A model generated the notes under the pieces. It saw nothing but the letters and a program-made list of their open reading frames with translations. It had not been told where the DNA came from and did not search any database. This document shows positions 36,424 to 46,467 of a stretch of DNA of 64,000 bases, piece by piece. The DNA lies in IMG/VR virus record IMGVR_UViG_3300017963_000253, positions 11,134-75,133 of that record, one strand, 5' to 3'. A program made the position numbers and the translations under genes. Every line of letters begins with the position of its first letter. Position 1 is the first letter of the stretch. The DNA is from a virus.

Positions 36424-39347
36424 GAAGTCCACGTGTTAAGAGACTTCAAGAGAACGGGTTTCGATCTGGAGCTTCTCTTGTAGCTGATGCGGACACTCAG
36501 GCGTTTGCGGAGGATCAAGTAGAGCACCGCGCGCAGTACCAGCAGACCGCTGCGTCCGTGGAGGAGGTCAAGGACAAGCGGAGCGTTGAGGACCTCCAGG
36601 ACGCTACGGACTTCGACGACTTGAAGAAGGCGGCTTGGACCTTCAATCCGGGGACGGAGTACTACCACGGGTGGTCGGAGGGAAACGACATAATCTTACT
36701 TCGGAGGGATCCGGAGACGGGGCGGCGGATCCGGGAGATTCACCCGTTTGAGTGGTACTTCTACGTCACTCGGGAGGACTATGAGAGTGTACCCAAGGAT
36801 TCCTGGGATTGGCTCTGTAGTTGTGGAACGCTCGCGGAGAAGGTGGTTCCGGACGAGAACTATCCTGATTTGTACTATCGGGTTTACGTAAAGAACCCTG
36901 TTCCGAAGTTGGATAAGAAGAGGATCTTTTCGAATGTCGGAGATCCGGATCGTGGTGCGAATTGGGCGATTCCTTTCTATCGAGGTGAGAGTTCAAGATC
37001 TATCAGATGGCCACGGGACCGGGAGAAGTGGACGAGAGTTCACAAAGTGATCAATTGGTGTGAGCGAAAGGGAGTGACACCGTTGGAGGCGGATCTTACG
37101 CCGAAGCAGCGGTTTCTCACGGATTACGATATAACGATCACTCCGAAATTTCGGATAGGGTTCTTCGATATTGAGACGGATGACTCTGTTGGAGGGTTCG
37201 ATAAGAAGGAGCAGTGTCGAATTCTCTCAATAGCTTGGGAGGGGGACCGCTTCGAGGAAGATCCAACTGATTGTGGATTCTTGTTGCTACAGGAGGAGAC
37301 GGACGAGGCTGAGAAGAAGTTGCTTTTGGAGTTCAAGCGTAGTTGCGTCAATAAATACGACGTATTGTCGGCTTGGAATGGGACTGGGTTTGACTTTCCT
37401 GTTCTATTCTATCGGTTTTGGAAGCACAAAATTCGAATCGACTGGCGTTATCACCTCTTTGCAGATCCGCTTCCTATCTTCAAGCGGCACTACGTTAGAG
37501 CCGGAGGGGATGCGATTTCCTACTCCCTTGATTCTATCGGGGAGAAGGTTCTGAAGATGAATAAGATCGACTGGAGGACGATCTTTCGGAAACGTCACCC
37601 TGGGGTGGTCCCGAAGTTCATCAACCTCTACCGGCACGACCCGGAGCTTTTGGAGGAGTACAACCGTCTGGACGCCACAATCCTCCGGAAGCTGGAGGCG
37701 TTCACCGGGTTCGTGGCGATCGAGCAGATCTTCTGCCGGATTGCGAACGGGTTCCCGAACGATTTTCAGATTTCGACTAAGGTGGACCAGCTCTTACTGA
37801 AGAAGGGGTTCAAGGAGGGGCATCACTTCCCGACGAGATACTGGTCTCCTGGTAAGCCGGAGAAGTACGAAGGAGCTTACGTATTTCCGCCGGTTCGCGG
37901 GATGCACCGGAACGTTGCCGCGTTTGACTTCAAGAGCCTGTACCCCTCGATGATCTCCAGTTTCAATATCTCCCCGGAGACAATCGTGAAGGAGGAGAAC
38001 AGGGCGGATTTTGAGGAGAAGGACCTTTGCAGGATCCCGGAACTTGATTTGGAGCGGGAGGACGGGGACGGGGAGATAGAGGTCTTGCAGAAGGGTGGTT
38101 CCACCTTCAGGTTGGACAAGCAGGGGTACCTCTCGCAGATGTTTGAGCGTACTTTGATGAGGAGGAAGAAGTACCAGGACCTTCAGAAGGAGCGTTTGAA
38201 GGTCACCGGGACGACTCAGGACGATCTCTTCCTCCTCTACTATCGCTTGGCTTACTCCTTCAAGCGGTTGGGGTTATCCTTCTACGGAGATATCGGGAAC
38301 TCCAGGTCCAGGTTCTACGACACTGAGGTGGCGGAGGCGATCACTCTCTCTGGTCAGTTCTTTATCAAGGAAACAGCTAAATACGCCCAAGAGTGCGGAA
38401 TGATTCCACTTTATGGGGACACCGATTCCATCTACGTCCAGTTAGCACCTACTGAACAGGAGTGGGATTCGCAGGAGGAGCGGATCGCGGAGTTGAACGA
38501 AATTGGGGAACGCTTCGTGGAGTATTGTCAGGAGCGTTATCTGAAGATCCTCAAGGAGCACAATTGCAACCTGGATTGGAACCTTATCTTCCTGGAGTTC
38601 GAGGACACCTACGACCGGATTTTCTTCATCGTCAAGAAGCGGTACGCCGGGAGGATGCTCTCCCACAAGGGGGGGAAGACGGACCACGTGGAGGTCAAGG
38701 GTCTCGAGGTGATGCGGAGCGATTGCTCCGGGAAAACGCGGGCGCTTCAGCAAGCGGTGTTGGACGGAATTCTCATGACGGGGATGACCGCGGAGCAGCT
38801 GGAGCGGGAACTGATAGAGCCGGAGTTCAACAGGTGCGTCTCCGGTGAACTTACCGTGGACGAGGTCTGCATCGGGAAGGGGATCTCCAAGGAGCCGGAG
38901 AAGTACAAGACGACCCCGCTCCACGTGGCTTTGGCACAGGAGATCAAGGACCACGGGCGGGAGTTCTTCGTTGGGATGAAGGTGGAGTACGTGGTCACCG
39001 GGGTGAAGCCGAAGCTCCAGGGCGTGACGCGAGAGGAGTACGAGGACTCGAACGGGGAGTTGGTTTACGACCCGGAGTACTACTGGGATCGGGTGGTCTA
39101 CCCCGCCTCGATGAGGATCCTGGAGGTCTGTTACCCGGAGAAGGACTGGACTCGCTGGAAGGTGGCGGACAATCGGAGGCGGCGGAAATTGGTGGACCGC
39201 TACAAGATCTGGTTAGCTGACCCGAAGCGGGTAGAGAAGGCGCTCCTCCAGATCCGGGAGAATAAGCGTGGACTCCTAGGACCGCCGGAACTGGCGGAAC
39301 TCCGGACCGCGCCCCGCGTCCGCATCTTGGATAGGAGTGAGGGATGA
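36420..39347 (+). CDS. family B DNA polymerase with 3'-5' exonuclease
   Basis: FDIET, WNGTGFDF, FDFKSLYPS, KRLGLSFYG, YGDTDS, KKRY, VKGLE. Confidence 0.95.
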   Translation: MRSPRVKRLQENGFRSGASLVADADTQAFAEDQVEHRAQYQQTAASVEEVKDKRSVEDLQDATDFDDLKKAAWTFNPGTEYYHGWSEGNDIILLRRDPETGRRIREIHPFEWYFYVTREDYESVPKDSWDWLCSCGTLAEKVVPDENYPDLYYRVYVKNPVPKLDKKRIFSNVGDPDRGANWAIPFYRGESSRSIRWPRDREKWTRVHKVINWCERKGVTPLEADLTPKQRFLTDYDITITPKFRIGFFDIETDDSVGGFDKKEQCRILSIAWEGDRFEEDPTDCGFLLLQEETDEAEKKLLLEFKRSCVNKYDVLSAWNGTGFDFPVLFYRFWKHKIRIDWRYHLFADPLPIFKRHYVRAGGDAISYSLDSIGEKVLKMNKIDWRTIFRKRHPGVVPKFINLYRHDPELLEEYNRLDATILRKLEAFTGFVAIEQIFCRIANGFPNDFQISTKVDQLLLKKGFKEGHHFPTRYWSPGKPEKYEGAYVFPPVRGMHRNVAAFDFKSLYPSMISSFNISPETIVKEENRADFEEKDLCRIPELDLEREDGDGEIEVLQKGGSTFRLDKQGYLSQMFERTLMRRKKYQDLQKERLKVTGTTQDDLFLLYYRLAYSFKRLGLSFYGDIGNSRSRFYDTEVAEAITLSGQFFIKETAKYAQECGMIPLYGDTDSIYVQLAPTEQEWDSQEERIAELNEIGERFVEYCQERYLKILKEHNCNLDWNLIFLEFEDTYDRIFFIVKKRYAGRMLSHKGGKTDHVEVKGLEVMRSDCSGKTRALQQAVLDGILMTGMTAEQLERELIEPEFNRCVSGELTVDEVCIGKGISKEPEKYKTTPLHVALAQEIKDHGREFFVGMKVEYVVTGVKPKLQGVTREEYEDSNGELVYDPEYYWDRVVYPASMRILEVCYPEKDWTRWKVADNRRRRKLVDRYKIWLADPKRVEKALLQIRENKRGLLGPPELAELRTAPRVRILDRSEG
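39323..39338 (+). promoter_or_regulatory. phage promoter motif
   Basis: CATCTTGGATAGGAGT, starting 21 nt before the ATG at 39344. Confidence 0.65.
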
Positions 39348-39943
39348 AGCGCGCAAGGACCAAGAAGCTCAGCTCTAAGGCGGCGCTGGAGGAGCACCAG
39401 AAGCGGGGGGAGCGGTTCGGCTTCCTCCGGCAGCGACTCGCCCGGGTGGACGTGGAGGAGGTCTGGGAGACCCTGGAGGAGGCCCTCTCCCTGGGGGAGG
39501 GGCGGGGGAACGCGGAGCGGATCCTCCGGGCGCTGGATACGACGGAGGCCAACCTCCGGCGGGCCGGGATGCTCCTCCAGGTCGCGATCGAGGAGCTGGA
39601 CGAGTTCGACATCCACTGGAGGGCCGCTTACGCGGAGTGGTCCCGGCACGCGCGGGACGCGCTGGAGCGGGACAAGAAGGAGAAGCGGATGTCCGGTCAG
39701 ATCACCACGGAGGTGATCGAGAACTGGATCGCGGAGAACCTCCCGGACTACACCCAGTGGAGGCGCGCTCGCCGGGACCTGGAGCGCAACCGGAACTTGA
39801 TGAAGCACATGTTCGCCGCGTGGGAGTTCCGCTCCGCCTCTCTTCGGAAGCAGGCGGATCTGGTGGAGCGGAGACGCGGCGTGGACACTAATATGCTGCC
39901 CCGGAGGGGCGAGAGCAAAGGAGAACGACGTGGGACTGAGTAA
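39344..39943 (+). CDS. helical protein, possibly a UvsY-like recombination mediator
   Basis: All-alpha; first gene of the SSB/RecA cluster; ITTEVIENWI...AWEFRSASL. Confidence 0.5.
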   Translation: MKRARTKKLSSKAALEEHQKRGERFGFLRQRLARVDVEEVWETLEEALSLGEGRGNAERILRALDTTEANLRRAGMLLQVAIEELDEFDIHWRAAYAEWSRHARDALERDKKEKRMSGQITTEVIENWIAENLPDYTQWRRARRDLERNRNLMKHMFAAWEFRSASLRKQADLVERRRGVDTNMLPRRGESKGERRGTE

Positions 39944-41339
39944 AGAGCAGCGCCTGGAGCGGGCGCGGAAGCGGCACGAGCAGCTCCGGAAGGCGACCAA
40001 GACCCGGGGTCTGACGGACCGGATGGACTGGAAGCCGAAGTCGAAGATCGTCCTTCACCCGGATTCAGACATCGTGGACCGACTCCGCGTCTGGTTCCCC
40101 GTCCTCCTGGAGGACGACGAGGAGAAGGAGGAGAAGCGCGGGAAGAAGGGGAAGAAGGGGAAGAAGGGGAAGAAGAAGCGGAAGAGCAACGTGGTTAACA
40201 TCCCCTTCAACGTCCCGGACGACCCGGCGCTATGCCCGTTCACTCAACTCCGGGAGAAGCTGGAGGAGGACGAGGAGATCGACGAGGAGGATACGGTCAT
40301 CTCCGTTGGGAGCGGGCGGGACAAGGTCGAACTCTGCAAGGGGGAGATCCTCGCCTGGGACGGGTACGACTTCCGGAAGAGTTTGAAGCCCCAAGCGGAC
40401 TTCGTCACCGTTGCCGTGAAGATCGAGGACGCCAAGAAGAATCGCCCGGATACTCTGAAGGCGGAGACGCTCGCCGCCGCCAAGTCCCTTGGGAACGAGA
40501 TCCGGAAGGAGATCGAGAGCGAGGTGGACGAGGGCGGAGAGGAGGCGTCCCCGTTCTTCGTTCCGTACCCGTTTCTGATCAAGTTTGATGAGGCGGAGCG
40601 CGGGTCTGACATGTACTCCGCGCGGGCGATGTCGAATAAGGTCTCCGAGGTAGAGGAGGACGTGGAACTCCAGGAGATCCTGAACGCGGAGCCTCCTTCT
40701 CTGGAGTCCGAGTTGGAGTTGGCGGACCTCGAGAAGTGCGTGGAGATGATCAACGATGCCATCGTGATAGATGGACTCTCCGTGGAGCTGAAGGGGGAGG
40801 GTCGGAAGCGCCGCAAGAAGAAGCAGGAAGAGCAGGAGCAGGAGGAGGAAGAGCCGAAGGAGGAGGAGGTCGAGGAATCGGAGAAAGAGGAACCGGAGGA
40901 GGAAGAGCAGGAGCAGGAGGAGGAAGAACCGGAGGAGGACGAGGAGGAAGAGCAGGAGCAGGAGGAGGAAGAGCCGAAGGAGGAAGAGGAGGACGAGGTA
41001 GCGCGAGCGGAGAGGATGCTTGCGGAGGCTAAGGCAAAGAAGGAGGCCAAGGCAAAGAAGGAGGCCAAGGCAAAGAAGGAGGCCAAGGCAAAGAAGGACT
41101 CCGAGGCAAAGAAGGACTCCGAGGAGAAGCCGAAGAAGACCGCGAAGCGGAAAAAGAAGGTCGAGAAGAAGAAGGTCGAGAAGAAGGAGGACGGGGAGGA
41201 ACTTGGTTGGGAGCCGGGGGAGGATGAGGATTTCGACATCTGTCCTAAGTGCCGGAAGAAGGTCCCTACGGACGCGATGGAGTGCCCTCACCCCACCTGT
41301 GATGCCGTCTACGCCCCGGAAGATGGGGACCCGTTCTAG
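39930..41339 (+). CDS. putative ssDNA-binding protein (gp32-like position) with acidic and Lys/Ala repeats and a terminal Zn ribbon
   Basis: Upstream of RecA; long acidic tract; ends EDGDPF like SSB tails. Confidence 0.5.
   Translation: MGLSKEQRLERARKRHEQLRKATKTRGLTDRMDWKPKSKIVLHPDSDIVDRLRVWFPVLLEDDEEKEEKRGKKGKKGKKGKKKRKSNVVNIPFNVPDDPALCPFTQLREKLEEDEEIDEEDTVISVGSGRDKVELCKGEILAWDGYDFRKSLKPQADFVTVAVKIEDAKKNRPDTLKAETLAAAKSLGNEIRKEIESEVDEGGEEASPFFVPYPFLIKFDEAERGSDMYSARAMSNKVSEVEEDVELQEILNAEPPSLESELELADLEKCVEMINDAIVIDGLSVELKGEGRKRRKKKQEEQEQEEEEPKEEEVEESEKEEPEEEEQEQEEEEPEEDEEEEQEQEEEEPKEEEEDEVARAERMLAEAKAKKEAKAKKEAKAKKEAKAKKDSEAKKDSEEKPKKTAKRKKKVEKKKVEKKEDGEELGWEPGEDEDFDICPKCRKKVPTDAMECPHPTCDAVYAPEDGDPF
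40140..40175 (+). repeat. 9-bp tandem repeat x4 (GKK)
   Basis: GGGAAGAAG x4. Confidence 0.9.
41025..41114 (+). repeat. 18-bp tandem repeat x5 (EAKAKK x4, DSEAKK)
   Basis: GAGGCCAAGGCAAAGAAG units, in frame. Confidence 0.9.
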
Positions 41340-41341
41340 GG

Positions 41342-42478
41342 ATGGCGGAGAAGAAAACCCGGAGGACTAAGGCGGAGGGGGGTTCTCCTCCGTCTAAGTC
41401 CCCTCCGGTCTCGAAGAGGAGCAAGCAACTATCCCGGGCGATCCGCTCGATGGAGGGCTTTCAGATCTGGTCGGAGGTTCCGCCGCCGCTGGTCTGCCCT
41501 ACCAGGATCACCTCCCTGAACCGCGGGATGAAGTGCGGGGGGATCCCCGGGGGGATGCTCGGGGTCCTCCACGGACCGTCCCAGGGTGGGAAGACGCTCC
41601 TCCTCGCGGAGATCCTCTACTCCGTCTGGGCCTCTGGGGGCTGGGGACTCTTCGGGGACGCGGAGTGTCGCGGGGTGGACCTGAAGTGGTTCTCCACGAT
41701 TTGCGGGTCCCTGGACGAGGTGGCGTATTGTAAGCCTAAGACGTTCGAGCAGTTCATCGCGCAGGTTGAGGAGTTCCGCGGGAAGTTCCGGGTAGCGAAG
41801 GAGAAGGGGGAGGTCCCACCCGGGGCGTTTCTGGGGATCGGAATAGACTCCGTCAACCGGCTGACACCGCGGACGGAGCTGGAGGAACTTCTGAAGGGGA
41901 AGGTGGAGGCGCGGGGGTACCCGCTCCGGGCGCTCCTGACCTCGAAGTGGTTGGACAAGATCATCCCGACGTTGGAGCGGGACGAGATCCTAGCCTGCGT
42001 GATGCGGGAGGGGAAGAAGCTGGACGCGATGCCCGGGCAGAAGACCTACACGGTCAAGGGCGGCGTTGCGGCGATCTACGACGGGGGTTGGATCCTCCGG
42101 GTAACGTCCGCCACTAAGATCCGGGCGGAGGACAAGGGAGAGAAGAAGGGACCTTTGATTGGGGAGAAGCACGAGATCGAGGTCCTGAAGAACTCCCTGG
42201 GGCCGCACCTGGAGGAACTGGCTTATTTCTACTCCTCCGTCGGGGCGAAGAATCAGACCCCGTTGGGGTTGGACTTCGCGCGGGAGGTCCGGGAGGAGAG
42301 TCTGACCCGCGGCTTAGTGAAGTACAAGGCGTCGAAGGGGTACTTCAAGGACGGGGAGGTCATCGCGGCTAGTAAGAGGGATTACCTCAAGTGGCTCCAG
42401 TCTCCGGCGTCGGACGGGGAGCTAAACTGGTACAAGGTATCGGAGGAGCTGAACGGTGAGTTCAACGAAGAAGGGTAG
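41342..42478 (+). CDS. recA: RecA/UvsX-like recombinase
   Basis: GGIPGG...GPSQGGKT, DAE, IDSV, VLKNSLGP. Confidence 0.85.
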   Translation: MAEKKTRRTKAEGGSPPSKSPPVSKRSKQLSRAIRSMEGFQIWSEVPPPLVCPTRITSLNRGMKCGGIPGGMLGVLHGPSQGGKTLLLAEILYSVWASGGWGLFGDAECRGVDLKWFSTICGSLDEVAYCKPKTFEQFIAQVEEFRGKFRVAKEKGEVPPGAFLGIGIDSVNRLTPRTELEELLKGKVEARGYPLRALLTSKWLDKIIPTLERDEILACVMREGKKLDAMPGQKTYTVKGGVAAIYDGGWILRVTSATKIRAEDKGEKKGPLIGEKHEIEVLKNSLGPHLEELAYFYSSVGAKNQTPLGLDFAREVREESLTRGLVKYKASKGYFKDGEVIAASKRDYLKWLQSPASDGELNWYKVSEELNGEFNEEG

Positions 42479-42767
42479 TACTGCGGCGGGGAGGTTAGCG
42501 CTGTTTACCGCGGCGCTGAATTACGCCAAGGACCTGGGAAGGGCGGATCCACTGGACGTGAATCAAATTTTGGGGCGTGTAGTCCGGGCGGTCAATGGAG
42601 TTGGGGACTTCCCGGAGGACGACCGGAAGCTGGTGAAGCTCTCCGCCGCCGCGGTCGCCTTCTACCGGGAGGTCCGGCGGATCTGCGCCGGTCCCGTAGA
42701 GTTGGATCTCCGGGAGGAGGAGGTCCTTCAGGCGGTCCTCCAGCACCTCCGGGAGGCGGGGAACTGA
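42456..42767 (+). CDS. hypothetical protein
   Basis: Packed between recA and sbcD. Confidence 0.55.
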   Translation: MSSTKKGSTAAGRLALFTAALNYAKDLGRADPLDVNQILGRVVRAVNGVGDFPEDDRKLVKLSAAAVAFYREVRRICAGPVELDLREEEVLQAVLQHLREAGN

Positions 42768-42768
42768 G

Positions 42769-43530
42769 ATGAGGCTCCTGGTCAGCGGGGACAAACACTT
42801 GGGGTTGATCTCGGACGGGATGGAGCGCCTCGAGGAGCAGGCGCGGGTCCTCCGGGGGATAGTCAAGACCCTGCTGGAGGAGGACCCGGACGTCTTCGTG
42901 GACCTCGGGGACCTCTTCCACGTCCCGAGACCAAGTCCCGCCGTCTACGTCCTGGCGTTGAAGTACTTCTTCGAGGTGAACTACTGGGCCTCCAGGAAGG
43001 GAAGAAGGGCCTTCTTCCTCGCGGGGAACCACGACAAACCGACGCGGGGGGACGTTCACGCCCTCTCTCCCCTGAAGGAGGTCTCCGAGTTGTTGGACTG
43101 GGGGGTCTCCAGTCCCGTGATAGACCTCCCGCTGATGGTGGAGGGGCGGAATTTGAACTTGATCTTCCTCCCGCACGTGACGGACTTCGAGGCGCTAGTG
43201 AACAGTGTTGGGGGGAAGAACGCGGAGGAGTACCTGGAGGAGTTCGCGGAGGTCTCCCTCCGGGATACGGGAGTGAAGAAGATCCTGGTCTTCTCCCACC
43301 TGGAGGTCCCCGGTGCAACTGCTTCCGTGGACGAGACGGTGCAGCGGGACGTGGGTCTCTCCGTTCCGCGGTCCCTCTTAGAGGCGGAAAACGTCCTACG
43401 GGTCTACGCGGGTCACATCCACCGGTATCAGGAACTGGAGAAGGTGACCGTGGTCGGCTCCTCCATCTACGTCGACTTCGGGGAGGCGGATGACCCGAAG
43501 GGGATGATCCTCTCGGAGGTGCGGACGTGA
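42769..43530 (+). CDS. sbcD: SbcD/Mre11 metallophosphoesterase (catalytic domain only)
   Basis: GDKHLG, GDLFH, AGNHD, FSH, AGHIH. Confidence 0.88.
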   Translation: MRLLVSGDKHLGLISDGMERLEEQARVLRGIVKTLLEEDPDVFVDLGDLFHVPRPSPAVYVLALKYFFEVNYWASRKGRRAFFLAGNHDKPTRGDVHALSPLKEVSELLDWGVSSPVIDLPLMVEGRNLNLIFLPHVTDFEALVNSVGGKNAEEYLEEFAEVSLRDTGVKKILVFSHLEVPGATASVDETVQRDVGLSVPRSLLEAENVLRVYAGHIHRYQELEKVTVVGSSIYVDFGEADDPKGMILSEVRT

Positions 43531-43754
43531 AGAAGCTGGTGGAAGAGAAAGAGACCCAGCCGGACCGGGTCTGGATGACCCTGGAGCGGAAGTACCGGGT
43601 CGCGCAGTACGAGAGCCTTCAGGTCTCCCTCGGTGCTTCCTCCAACGTGGAGCCGGGGGAGAACCTCTCCGCGGCGCAGAAGCGGGTCTTCTCGCAGCTC
43701 CGGGAGGACTTCTACGACGTCGTCGACGTGATGAGGGAGGCGGAGGGGATCTGA
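43527..43754 (+). CDS. hypothetical protein
   Basis: GTGA overlap; KYRVAQYESLQV. Confidence 0.7.
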   Translation: MKKLVEEKETQPDRVWMTLERKYRVAQYESLQVSLGASSNVEPGENLSAAQKRVFSQLREDFYDVVDVMREAEGI

Positions 43755-44248
43755 TGCCGCGAAAGAAGAAGCTTCGGAAGACGCGCTCGGAGGTCAAGGT
43801 CTCCGGGATGAGAGTTCGGTCCGCCGCGGAGGTGAGCTGCGTCTCCGGGCCGGTCTCCAACCGACTGATCCGAACCGGCGCGGACCCGACGGTGGAGGTC
43901 ACCTTTGAACTTCCCGCGGACTGGGACGGGAAGTTCCCCCTGGACCCCGGGGCGGTGAAGGGGACGCGGGTCAAGCCGGTAGTGGTCCTCCCGGAGGAGT
44001 TGGTCTCTGGGGTAGATAGGCACGCTCTGAGGACCGCCATCCTGGACGCCGGGGCGCTCTACTGCAAGGTCCCCTTTCTCCGGGTGATCCGGAGGAAGCA
44101 GACGCGGGACCGGAGGCACGCCCCGGACCTCCCCCTGGAGGAGTCCCTTCGGATCTTCGCGGAGGAGACCAAGACGGAGGATCCGGAGGAGGTCGTAAAG
44201 TTCGCGGCGGCGCTGGCCCGGGAGGCGGACGCGGGGGCTACGGAATGA
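43754..44248 (+). CDS. possible detached SbcD/Mre11 C-terminal domain
   Basis: GTRVKPVVVLPEE...LRTAILDAGA...PLEESLRIFA; directly before sbcC. Confidence 0.5.
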   Translation: MPRKKKLRKTRSEVKVSGMRVRSAAEVSCVSGPVSNRLIRTGADPTVEVTFELPADWDGKFPLDPGAVKGTRVKPVVVLPEELVSGVDRHALRTAILDAGALYCKVPFLRVIRRKQTRDRRHAPDLPLEESLRIFAEETKTEDPEEVVKFAAALAREADAGATE

Positions 44249-46461
44249 TCTATAAGACCGTCAGACTGAAGAACGCCGGACCCTTCCTCGCGGACTGGGA
44301 GGTGGAACTCCCGGAGGGGCCCACCGTGGTGGTGGCCCGGTACGAGGAGAGCGAGGTCCGGAGTAACCGGGGAGGCAAGTCCTTCTTCGCGGTGGACTGC
44401 CCCCTCTACGCCCTCTTCGGGCGGTTCCGCGGGAGTAAGGTGGACGAGTTCCCCCACCGCCTCGCCCGCGGGAAGGAGGAGTCCTGGGTGGAGCTGGAGG
44501 TCACCTCCAGCGACGGGCGGGACTGGACGGTCAAGCGCGGGAGGACCGCCTCCGGGGACCCGATCCGGGAGCTTAACGGGAGTCAGATCTCGGAGAAGGA
44601 CCTCCTCCGGACGGTGGAGGATGAGATCCTGGGTCTGAGTTACGAGGAGTACGTCTCTACCAACGCCTTCGTTCAGGGGGAGATGCACGCCTTCATGCAG
44701 AAGACCCCGGCGGAGAAGCGGAAGCTGGTCTCCCCGTGGTTCAAGACGGATCGCTGGGTCCCCCGGGTGGAGCTGGCCCGGAAGAGACTGAAGGCGGCTC
44801 AGCGGGACCTCCGGGTTCTGGCGGAGCGGGAGGCGGAGGAGCGGGAGGATCTGGACCGCCGCGCCGGGGCGGAGGAGGTCTGGACCTTGGCCGCGGCGGA
44901 GACCGCTGAGCTTCGGGAGGACTTGTCCGCGGTTTTGGAACGCGGAGGCACCCTGAAGGCGGACCTCGCCGCGCTGGAGGAGAGTCGGAAGAACCGGACC
45001 GCCCTGGAGGCGGAGCTGGAGCGCGCCCGGGAAGAGGCCGCGGAGGAGCGGGAGGCCGCGGAGGGCGCGGTGAGGTCCTCCGGAATGGCCCTAGATCGCT
45101 CCAAGGAGGCCCTGAAGGAGGCCCGGGTCCGGGAGGACCGTCGCCGGGTCTTAGAGGGCGAGGTGGAGCAGCTGGAGGCCCTACGCGCGGACCTGGAGGG
45201 GACCCGGGGGGACCTCCGGACCGCGGAGCGGGAGGTGAAGGAACTCTCCGCGCAGCGGGAGGTGCTACTGAAGCAGTTCCGGGAGCTGAAGGACTCCCGG
45301 ACCGGGGTCTGCCCCGTCCTCCGGGAGAGCTGCGACCGGGTGGAACCGGACCCCGCCGTCCTGGACGGTCTGAAGCGGGAGGGATTGACCGCCCGTCGCG
45401 CGATAGAGCGCGGGAAGAACTCGGTCTCGGAGTTGAAGTGGAAGCTGGAGAACGTCCTCGCGGAGGTGAGCGAGGCGTCTAAGGCGGAGCAAGATCTCTC
45501 CCAACTCCGGGAGGAGGTCTCCCTGGCGGAGGCGGAGCGGAACTACGAGGAGGCGTCCCGGAGGTTTCAGCGGGACAAGACCGCGCTCTCCAAGTTGAAG
45601 TCCAAGGGGAGCGCCTCCACCCGCGCGGTGAAGCGGCTCTGCAAGGAACTGGAGAAGCTCTCGGAGGTGGACGACTCCGGGCTTTTGGAGAAGGCGGCGG
45701 CGCTCCGGGAGGAGAAGTCGCTCCTGGAGGTCGAGATCAAGGAGGCGGAGGCGCGGGAGGTGGACGCCCTGGGTACCCTGAAGCGCTGCGAGCGGGCGGA
45801 GGTGGAGCTGGAGAAGATCTCTCAGGAGCGGGAGGAGACGCGCCGGAGGGTGAAGCTCCTCGCCTGGACCTCCTACGCCTTCGGGGCCGCGGGGATCCCG
45901 AGTCGGGAGCTGGAGAACGCCTTCGGGGCCGCGGAGGACTCGATGAACCGGGTCCTCTCCGGTATCGGGACCCCGCTCCGGCTCTCCTTCTCCCCCACCC
46001 GGGAGTTGAACGACTGGGAACCCGCCTGTCTTGCCTGCGGGGAGACCTTCGAGAAGGGGGAGCGGACGCACGTCTGCAAGGAGTGCGGGACCCCGCGGCG
46101 GAAGCGGCGGCGGGACGAACTCCGGTTGGAGGTGGAGGACGGGGGACAGGAGTCCTCCTTTGATCTGGACTCCGGTGGGGGGAAGGTCTTCCTCTCCATC
46201 GGGGCGCGCTTGGGGCTCTCCGCCCTCCCCGGTTCTACTAGGGCGGTGCGGTGCGAACATATCCTGATAGATGAGCCAGACGGGGCGCTGGACGAGGTGA
46301 ACCGCGCCGCGCTCCACGAGTTGATCCGGAGTCGGATGGCGGAACTGGGGATCCGGCAGGTGATCCTGGTCACCCACGCGGACGTCCGCCGGGAGTTCTC
46401 CTCGGTGGTCACGGTTCACCGCTGGGAGGAGGAGGACCGCTCTGCGGTCTGGAAGGAGTAG
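44245..46461 (+). CDS. sbcC: SbcC/Rad50 ABC-ATPase
   Basis: SNRGGKS, FVQGE, coiled coil with CPV hook, SGGGK, ILIDEPDGALD, VTH. Confidence 0.9.
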   Translation: MIYKTVRLKNAGPFLADWEVELPEGPTVVVARYEESEVRSNRGGKSFFAVDCPLYALFGRFRGSKVDEFPHRLARGKEESWVELEVTSSDGRDWTVKRGRTASGDPIRELNGSQISEKDLLRTVEDEILGLSYEEYVSTNAFVQGEMHAFMQKTPAEKRKLVSPWFKTDRWVPRVELARKRLKAAQRDLRVLAEREAEEREDLDRRAGAEEVWTLAAAETAELREDLSAVLERGGTLKADLAALEESRKNRTALEAELERAREEAAEEREAAEGAVRSSGMALDRSKEALKEARVREDRRRVLEGEVEQLEALRADLEGTRGDLRTAEREVKELSAQREVLLKQFRELKDSRTGVCPVLRESCDRVEPDPAVLDGLKREGLTARRAIERGKNSVSELKWKLENVLAEVSEASKAEQDLSQLREEVSLAEAERNYEEASRRFQRDKTALSKLKSKGSASTRAVKRLCKELEKLSEVDDSGLLEKAAALREEKSLLEVEIKEAEAREVDALGTLKRCERAEVELEKISQEREETRRRVKLLAWTSYAFGAAGIPSRELENAFGAAEDSMNRVLSGIGTPLRLSFSPTRELNDWEPACLACGETFEKGERTHVCKECGTPRRKRRRDELRLEVEDGGQESSFDLDSGGGKVFLSIGARLGLSALPGSTRAVRCEHILIDEPDGALDEVNRAALHELIRSRMAELGIRQVILVTHADVRREFSSVVTVHRWEEEDRSAVWKE

Positions 46462-46467
46462 AGAGAG

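Noticed and set aside
40820-41130. Repeats as a possible CRISPR array
   Set aside because: In-frame coding tandem repeats with no unique spacers; no cas genes.
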